In this document: positions 58,495 to 64,000 of the stretch, one piece after another | Layout of the letters: each line of letters begins with the position of its first letter | Numbering within the stretch: the stretch's first letter is position 1 | DNA from: an uncultured Bacilli bacterium | GTDB lineage: Bacteria > Bacillota_I > Bacilli_A > RFN20 > CAG-449 | NCBI GenBank assembly: GCA_947595215.1 | Contig: CANQEO010000002.1 | Location: 3,253-67,252, forward strand | Length of the DNA stretch: 64,000 nt | Direction: 5' to 3' | Position numbers and translations under genes: made by a program | Notes under the pieces: model-generated | Told to the model about the DNA's origin: nothing | What the model saw: the letters and a program-made list of their open reading frames with translations, nothing else | Database searches by the model: none

Positions 58495-59758
58495 TCAAAA
58501 ATACCTTAAGCGCTTCAATAGCTCGTGAACTAGCTTCATTTTTATCTTTAGGACAATTGTAAACTAATCCGAAATTTGCATTCATCGGAGCAAAATGTTT
58601 AATAGAAGTAGTCATCAAATATCTAATTAGAGATCCTATCATTGTCTCTATAGGAAAATCAATTAACTCTTTATTTTCAAGACGACGATTTAAATAAAAT
58701 GCAGCGATAAGCCCACTCATCGACGATTCAACATAACCTTCAACGCCCGAAAGTTGTCCTCCGATAAAAATGTTTGAATCATTTTTTAATGAAAAATCTT
58801 CATTTAATATTTTAGGCGCACAAATAAAAGTATTTCTATGCATTAAACCATAGCGATAGAATTCTGCCTTTTCCATGCCCGGAATTAATCTAAATACTCG
58901 TCGTTGTTCTTCATATGTAAGATTAGTTTGAAATCCGACCATGTTATATAAAGAAGCACTAGCATTATCTTGACGCAATTGTAAAACTGCATATGGTCTT
59001 TTACCATCTTTTTCTAAGCCCATTGGCTTTAGCGGACCAAATCGCAATGTTTTTTCACCACGACGAGCCATAACTTCAATCGGCATACATCCTTCAAATA
59101 CTTTATCGAATTCATGTAAAGAAGCAATTTTAGCATTAACTAATTCGTGGTAAAATCGCTCGTATTGTTCTTTATCAAACGGACAATTGATATATGAATC
59201 ATCGCCTTGTTCATAACGCGATTTGCGATAGCAGATATTCATATCAAGAGAATCATAAGCGATAATTGGAGCGGCTGCATCATAAAAGAACAGCATGTCT
59301 TCACCAATTTTTTCTTGAAGTTTTGCAACTAAACTTTCACTAGTTAATGGACCAGTGCAAATAATGTTATACCCTTTTTTAAAATCGTTGACCTCTTCTT
59401 CGTATATGGTAATCAATGGTTCACTTTTAATCTTCTCAGTAATGTATGATGAAAATTTTTCGCGATCTACCGATAAAGCATTTCCTGATGGAACTGAAGT
59501 TTTATCGGCTGCTTCCATAACTAAAGAACCTAGCATTCTCAGTTCTTCTTTTAAAAGTCCACAAGCATTATCAAGGCGATTGCTTTTTAGAGAATTTGAA
59601 CACACTAGTTCTCCGAATTTATCTGAATGATGAGCCGGGCTTTTACGAAGTGGTTTTTGTTCATAAAGATTTACTTGGTAACCTTTTTTAGCTAAGAAGT
59701 AAGCAGCTTCAACGCCAGCCAAACCAGCCCCTATCACGTTTATTTTTAATTTTTCCAT
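58481..59758 (-). CDS. trmFO: folate-dependent tRNA (U54) methyltransferase TrmFO
   Basis: 425 aa. INVIGAGLAGVEAA FAD motif. Gid-type sequence. Position between topA and xerC. Confidence 0.93.
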   Translation of the reverse strand: MEKLKINVIGAGLAGVEAAYFLAKKGYQVNLYEQKPLRKSPAHHSDKFGELVCSNSLKSNRLDNACGLLKEELRMLGSLVMEAADKTSVPSGNALSVDREKFSSYITEKIKSEPLITIYEEEVNDFKKGYNIICTGPLTSESLVAKLQEKIGEDMLFFYDAAAPIIAYDSLDMNICYRKSRYEQGDDSYINCPFDKEQYERFYHELVNAKIASLHEFDKVFEGCMPIEVMARRGEKTLRFGPLKPMGLEKDGKRPYAVLQLRQDNASASLYNMVGFQTNLTYEEQRRVFRLIPGMEKAEFYRYGLMHRNTFICAPKILNEDFSLKNDSNIFIGGQLSGVEGYVESSMSGLIAAFYLNRRLENKELIDFPIETMIGSLIRYLMTTSIKHFAPMNANFGLVYNCPKDKNEASSRAIEALKVFLNEAR

Positions 59759-59787
59759 AGTTTACCTCGCGTCTATTATAGCACAAA

Positions 59788-59815
59788 AACAAAAAAATGA
59801 CCGTTTAGCGATCAT
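59788..59815 (-). terminator. probable rho-independent terminator after topA
   Basis: Minus strand: ATGATCG-CTAAA-CGGTCAT (one G-U pair) followed by TTTTTTTG. The stem overlaps the topA stop codon. Confidence 0.5.
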
Positions 59816-61893
59816 TTCTTTATCGATTCAGTGTAACGACATTTTGGAAAGTTCGAACAGGCGATAAAATCACTCTTTTTACCGATTCCTTTACGAACCA
59901 CTAAAGTTCCACCACATCTTGGGCAAACACGATCAGGGATAGTTTCTAATGGAACTTTATCTTGAGCCTTTTCTTGTCCTTCAATGTAAGTACAATCAGG
60001 ATAGCCACTGCAGCCATAAAATTCTCCATGCTTAGATTTCCGTAATACTAATGGTTTTCCACAACGTGGACAAATTTTATCTTCACTTATAACTGGTTTT
60101 TCTTTTTCTTCTTTTTGAACATAATGGCATTCTGGATATCCAGAACAAGCTACAAAGACACCATATCTTGATGATTTTAATTCGAGATCTTTACCACAAA
60201 TTGGGCACTTGCCATATGATTCGACCCATGTCTTAGAAGCATTATCGAAAAGATGCATAAATGATTCATAGAAACTATCAAGTAATGCAAGACGTGAAGA
60301 AGACCCATCGACAATGTTATCTAAAGAATCCTCCATATTAGCGGTAAATTTAGCATCCATAAATGTTGGGAAATATTTTTCTAATCGATCACTTGTAAGA
60401 ATTCCTTGTTCGGAAGGAATTAATGAACCACTTACCGCTTCAATATAATCATGTTTATATAATGTCGAAATTGTTGAAGCATATGTAGATGGTCTTCCAA
60501 TGCCGACCTCTTCCATCGTTTTTACAAGACGAGCTTCAGTAAATCTTGAAGGCGCTTTGGTAAAATGTTGCTCTTTTGTCATTTCATCAACAGAATAAAC
60601 TTCTTGTTCTTTAAATCTCGGTAAAGCCACTTGTTCTTGTTCTTCATCAAAGTTATAGATTTTTGTAAAACCATCAAAAACTGGAATACTTCCTTCAGTT
60701 TTGAATTCATATCCATTACCAACTAGTTTCACACTCGTAATTTCATCTTCACGCGCCGCCATTAACGAAGTTAAAGCTCGATTATAAATTAGAGTATATA
60801 AATTATATAAATCTCTTGTGAGATATTCTTTCATTAACTTAGGTGTGTTTTCTAATGATGTAGGACGAATTGCTTCGTGTGCATCTTGCACTTGATTATT
60901 GCTTTTATTAACCTTGATATGACCGAGGTATTGTTCTCCATAATTTTCTTTAATAAATGAATTAGCACTATTTATAAATTCTGGAGATAAACGAATCGAA
61001 TCAGTTCTCATATAAGTAATAAGACCCGTTCTTTCTGAATCGATATCGATACCTTCATATAAACGTTGTGCCAATAATGATGTTTTAGCAGTCGAAAATT
61101 TAAACTTATTATAAGCTTCTTGTTGCAATGTTGAGGTTGTAAACGGAGGTTTTGACTCGGTTCTTTTCTTAGATTTTTTTATAGAACTACAAACAAACTT
61201 ATCTGGTAATTCATTTAAGATATGAGTAGCTTCCTCATCATTGTTGATTTTAACATCAACGCCATTTTTCTTTTCTAATTTAGCTTTAAAAGTTTTAGAT
61301 GCAAAACTTCCTTCGATAGTCCAAAACTCTTTTGGTTTGAAAGCTAAGACTTCTTTTTCACGATCAACAATCAGTTTTAAAGCTACTGATTGAACTCTTC
61401 CAGCCGACATGGAACCAATTTTCTTCTTAAGCAAAGTTGAAAGTTTAAATCCCATGATACGATCGATAATACGACGTGTTTCTTGACTAGAAACTAAATT
61501 AAGATCAATGTGGCGTGGATTTTCTAGCGCTTTCATGATGGCAGGTTTTGTAATTTCATGAAACTCTAATCTTTTAGTTTTATTAACATCGAGATTTAAT
61601 ACTTTTGCTAAATGCCAAGATATAGCTTCTCCTTCGCGATCAGGGTCAGTAGCTAAAATAACTTCTTCAGCTTTTTTAGCCTCTCTTTTTAATGAAGCAA
61701 CTATATTTTTTTTGTCATCATTAATTACATAGGTTGGTTTAAAATCATTTTTTACATCAACACCTAAACCGCCTTCACCAGTGATTGAAAGATCTCTAAT
61801 ATGTCCATAGGAAGCCATGACTTTATATGATGATCCTAAGTACTTTTCGATAGTATGACTTTTAGCAGGCGACTCAACAATAACTAGTTTCAT
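59812..61893 (-). CDS. topA: DNA topoisomerase I
   Basis: 693 aa. TOPRIM (LVIVESPAK), catalytic region YMRTDS, three C-terminal C4 zinc ribbons. Confidence 0.97.
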   Translation of the reverse strand: MKLVIVESPAKSHTIEKYLGSSYKVMASYGHIRDLSITGEGGLGVDVKNDFKPTYVINDDKKNIVASLKREAKKAEEVILATDPDREGEAISWHLAKVLNLDVNKTKRLEFHEITKPAIMKALENPRHIDLNLVSSQETRRIIDRIMGFKLSTLLKKKIGSMSAGRVQSVALKLIVDREKEVLAFKPKEFWTIEGSFASKTFKAKLEKKNGVDVKINNDEEATHILNELPDKFVCSSIKKSKKRTESKPPFTTSTLQQEAYNKFKFSTAKTSLLAQRLYEGIDIDSERTGLITYMRTDSIRLSPEFINSANSFIKENYGEQYLGHIKVNKSNNQVQDAHEAIRPTSLENTPKLMKEYLTRDLYNLYTLIYNRALTSLMAAREDEITSVKLVGNGYEFKTEGSIPVFDGFTKIYNFDEEQEQVALPRFKEQEVYSVDEMTKEQHFTKAPSRFTEARLVKTMEEVGIGRPSTYASTISTLYKHDYIEAVSGSLIPSEQGILTSDRLEKYFPTFMDAKFTANMEDSLDNIVDGSSSRLALLDSFYESFMHLFDNASKTWVESYGKCPICGKDLELKSSRYGVFVACSGYPECHYVQKEEKEKPVISEDKICPRCGKPLVLRKSKHGEFYGCSGYPDCTYIEGQEKAQDKVPLETIPDRVCPRCGGTLVVRKGIGKKSDFIACSNFPKCRYTESIKK

Positions 61894-62009
61894 TCTGCCA
61901 TCTCCTTACTTTTATAAAATTTACTAGTGTCGCTAATGAAAATCAAGAGTATTTTGCACACTTTTTATCGACAAAATCCATTTATTATTAAAGATAATAA
62001 TAAAAAATT

Positions 62010-62783
62010 TTAGCGATATTCATCTAAAATATCTTTTCCACAAGTTATTAAGGTTGCTCCCTCTCTTATAAGGCGATTGCATAGCGAAGATTCGAAAATC
62101 GAATTTGGCACACAAAAAATATCACGACCTCCTTCTAATGCAAAATTAATAGTCGATAAAGTTCCAGATTTCTCTTTAGCTTCAATAACTACGACACTAG
62201 AAGATAATCCGGCAATAATTCTATTTCGCATCGGAAAAGAATTCTCAACATAAGCTACATCTGGTGGATATTCACTTATAATAAGTCCTTCAATTCTAAT
62301 TCTTTCATAAATATCACAATTATCGCTAGGATAACAATAATTAATCCCCGTTCCTAATACGGCAATTGTATATCCATCTTTATCAAGTGCGGTTTCATGG
62401 GAAATTCGATCTATCCCTCTAGCTAAACCAGAAACGATTACCACTTCATTCTCCCTTATAAGTTCACTTACGATTTTTTTAGTTGCCTTTATTCCATACT
62501 CACTTGCGTTTCTTGAACCGATTATCGCAAAACGAGGACTAAGCGACAAAAGTTCAAATTTTCCTTGATAAAAAAGGACAAAAGGTGGTTTTGAGATACT
62601 TTTGAGCGATAACGGATAATTATCATCAAGCAAAGTAACATAGGGCACATCAAAATTTCCAATCAGTTCTTTAGCCTCTTCTTGATTAATATGTTCTTTA
62701 CGCCGTAGACAATCGTATATCTTATTCCAATCACCATGGTGTTTTAATGAATAATATAATAATATTTCACGAAAAGATAACAT
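62010..62783 (-). CDS. dprA: DNA-processing protein DprA
   Basis: GSRNAS...GLARGID Rossmann-like motifs. AAGGAGGG 5 nt before the ATG at 62783 (MLSFREIL). The longer track ORF overlaps rnhB. Confidence 0.88.
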   Translation of the reverse strand: MLSFREILLYYSLKHHGDWNKIYDCLRRKEHINQEEAKELIGNFDVPYVTLLDDNYPLSLKSISKPPFVLFYQGKFELLSLSPRFAIIGSRNASEYGIKATKKIVSELIRENEVVIVSGLARGIDRISHETALDKDGYTIAVLGTGINYCYPSDNCDIYERIRIEGLIISEYPPDVAYVENSFPMRNRIIAGLSSSVVVIEAKEKSGTLSTINFALEGGRDIFCVPNSIFESSLCNRLIREGATLITCGKDILDEYR

Positions 62784-62826
62784 AAATCCCTCCTTAATTA
62801 ATAAATAGAGAGATTTATAGAGTTTG

Positions 62827-63447
62827 TTAAAATAGGGCAATTTTTTTTGCCACCGCATTTACTGGTGCATATGAAAAACGATATATTTCTTTAATTACAC
62901 CATACTTTTCAATTGCCTCTAAATGAGCTTTCGTGGGATAACCTTTATGACTTGCGAAGCCATATTGAGGATATTTTTTATCTAAATCTAACATAATGTC
63001 ATCACGAGTAACTTTAGCTAATATACTTGCAGCAGCGATAGATAAAGCTTTAGCATCTCCTTTGATAAGATTTTCTTGTGGTAAATTAAAATCTTTTAGT
63101 GGCATCGCATCAGTCAAAATGTAATCTGGTACCATAGAGAGTTTTTTTATTGATTCGCTCATCGCTAATCGGCTTGCTTCATAAATATTAATTTTATCGA
63201 TAATTTGTGGTGAGATAATAGTAATCGCATAACTAAGTGCGTGCTCTTTAATCTCATCAAATAATTTTCGTCTTTTTTTATCATTTAGTTTCTTAGAATC
63301 ATTAATTTCATCATTTTGATAGTTAGAAGGAAAAATAACAGCTGCCGCTACAACAGGTCCTGCTAAGGGACCTCTTCCCGCTTCATCACAACCAACAACA
63401 AGTCGATAACCTTTTTGATAAATATTCTTTTCGTATTCTAAACTCAT
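62827..63447 (-). CDS. rnhB: ribonuclease HII
   Basis: 206 aa. GCDEAGRGPLAGPVV and DSKKL motifs. Confidence 0.95.
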   Translation of the reverse strand: MSLEYEKNIYQKGYRLVVGCDEAGRGPLAGPVVAAAVIFPSNYQNDEINDSKKLNDKKRRKLFDEIKEHALSYAITIISPQIIDKINIYEASRLAMSESIKKLSMVPDYILTDAMPLKDFNLPQENLIKGDAKALSIAAASILAKVTRDDIMLDLDKKYPQYGFASHKGYPTKAHLEAIEKYGVIKEIYRFSYAPVNAVAKKIALF

Positions 63448-64000
63448 CGTGGTACCTCGTCGATAACAATTTTTGTAATCAAACCTTCTTTGAACTCTTT
63501 TAATAAGAGATACTCGACACGATCCTCATCGATGTCTCCACCTTTAGTAATTAAGCCGCGAGTTTTTCCAATCGAATGTAAAATTTCATAAGGTTGATCA
63601 TTTTCTCCAATTTCAATTCGATAACGTTTTTCAACATAATTATATAAATTATTAGCTTTTAACAATTCAAACAATTTTTCCAATAATGTATTGGTTGGAA
63701 CATTTTGCTCTTTCATTGAGCCGATAAGAGCTAAATTTATCGCAGTATTTTGATCCTCATAATGCGGTGGTAAGATTCCCGGAGTATCTAAAAGTTCAAA
63801 CTGTTTTTCGATCTTAATCCATTGTTGCGATTTTGTGTGGCCTGGAGTGTTGGCAATAGATGCCGATGAGCGTTTTGCTAAGCGATTTATCAATGTTGAT
63901 TTTCCAACATTAGGAATACCGATAATCATCGCTCTAATTGGTTGCGGTTTTAATCCTTTAGCAACATATTTTTCGCTTTTTTCACGACCTAAAAATTCTA
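63444..64000 (-). CDS. rbgA: ribosome biogenesis GTPase A (YlqF), C-terminal part; N-terminus outside the window
   Basis: The ORF stays open to the window edge. G1 motif IIGIPNVGKSTLINRL, DTPGILPP. 4-nt overlap with rnhB. Confidence 0.88.
   Translation of the reverse strand, partial: EFLGREKSEKYVAKGLKPQPIRAMIIGIPNVGKSTLINRLAKRSSASIANTPGHTKSQQWIKIEKQFELLDTPGILPPHYEDQNTAINLALIGSMKEQNVPTNTLLEKLFELLKANNLYNYVEKRYRIEIGENDQPYEILHSIGKTRGLITKGGDIDEDRVEYLLLKEFKEGLITKIVIDEVPR

Noticed and set aside
1-64000. Alternative genetic code (TGA=Trp, as in many Mollicutes) to explain the broken ORFs at 52.3-54.0 kb
   Set aside because: All long conserved genes (polC, topA, copA, mnmG, sufB and others) are uninterrupted under the standard code. 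Reading through the TGA at 53455 gives nonsense sequence with further stops.
1-64000. CRISPR arrays, IS elements/transposases, prophage genes, rRNA, parS sites, DnaA-box clusters
   Set aside because: Scanning by eye found no regularly spaced direct repeats, no transposase or integrase-like ORFs other than xerC, no rRNA-like sequence, no TGTTNCACGTGAAACA-like site, and only isolated TTATCCAC-like words inside coding regions.

Overview
AT-rich (by eye about one-third G+C, not computed) Bacillota-type chromosome segment that uses the standard genetic code: all long conserved ORFs are intact with TGA as stop. I can support about 58 protein-coding genes, 3 singleton tRNAs, and several promoters, operators and terminators. 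I saw no rRNA, CRISPR array, transposase or phage integrase. Core genes are almost all on the minus strand and follow Bacillus-type synteny blocks: rbgA-rnhB-dprA-topA-trmFO-xerC; rpsB-tsf-pyrH-frr-[insert]-uppS-cdsA-dxr-rseP-polC; sufCDSUB fused directly to mnmG-rsmG-parA-parB; and csoR-copA. Accessory content includes a VTC-domain/DUF4956/beta-helix lipoprotein operon, an M6 metalloprotease lipoprotein, and a LysR-controlled hydrolase cluster. It also includes a PrsA-like lipoprotein pair next to hit and yhaM, a glycolipid synthase plus flippase-like pair, a Big_2/clostripain (C11) surface protease, plsC-dagK, and a tRNA-studded variable region (39.2-43.7 kb). The best candidate for something undescribed is a ~2-kb plus-strand insertion that splits the otherwise universal frr-uppS junction (52264-54009). 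It carries two prephenate-dehydratase-like (PBP-fold) domains, a 2-TM segment and a beta-rich domain, and its reading frames are interrupted at homopolymer runs. Further items absent from the ORF track are two tandem tiny Cys-rich YjcZ-like membrane peptides (24225-24445) and a promoter-flanked structured locus that may be an sRNA or a type-I-toxin-like gene (42650-42872). All domain assignments come from reading motifs by eye; no database search was possible.
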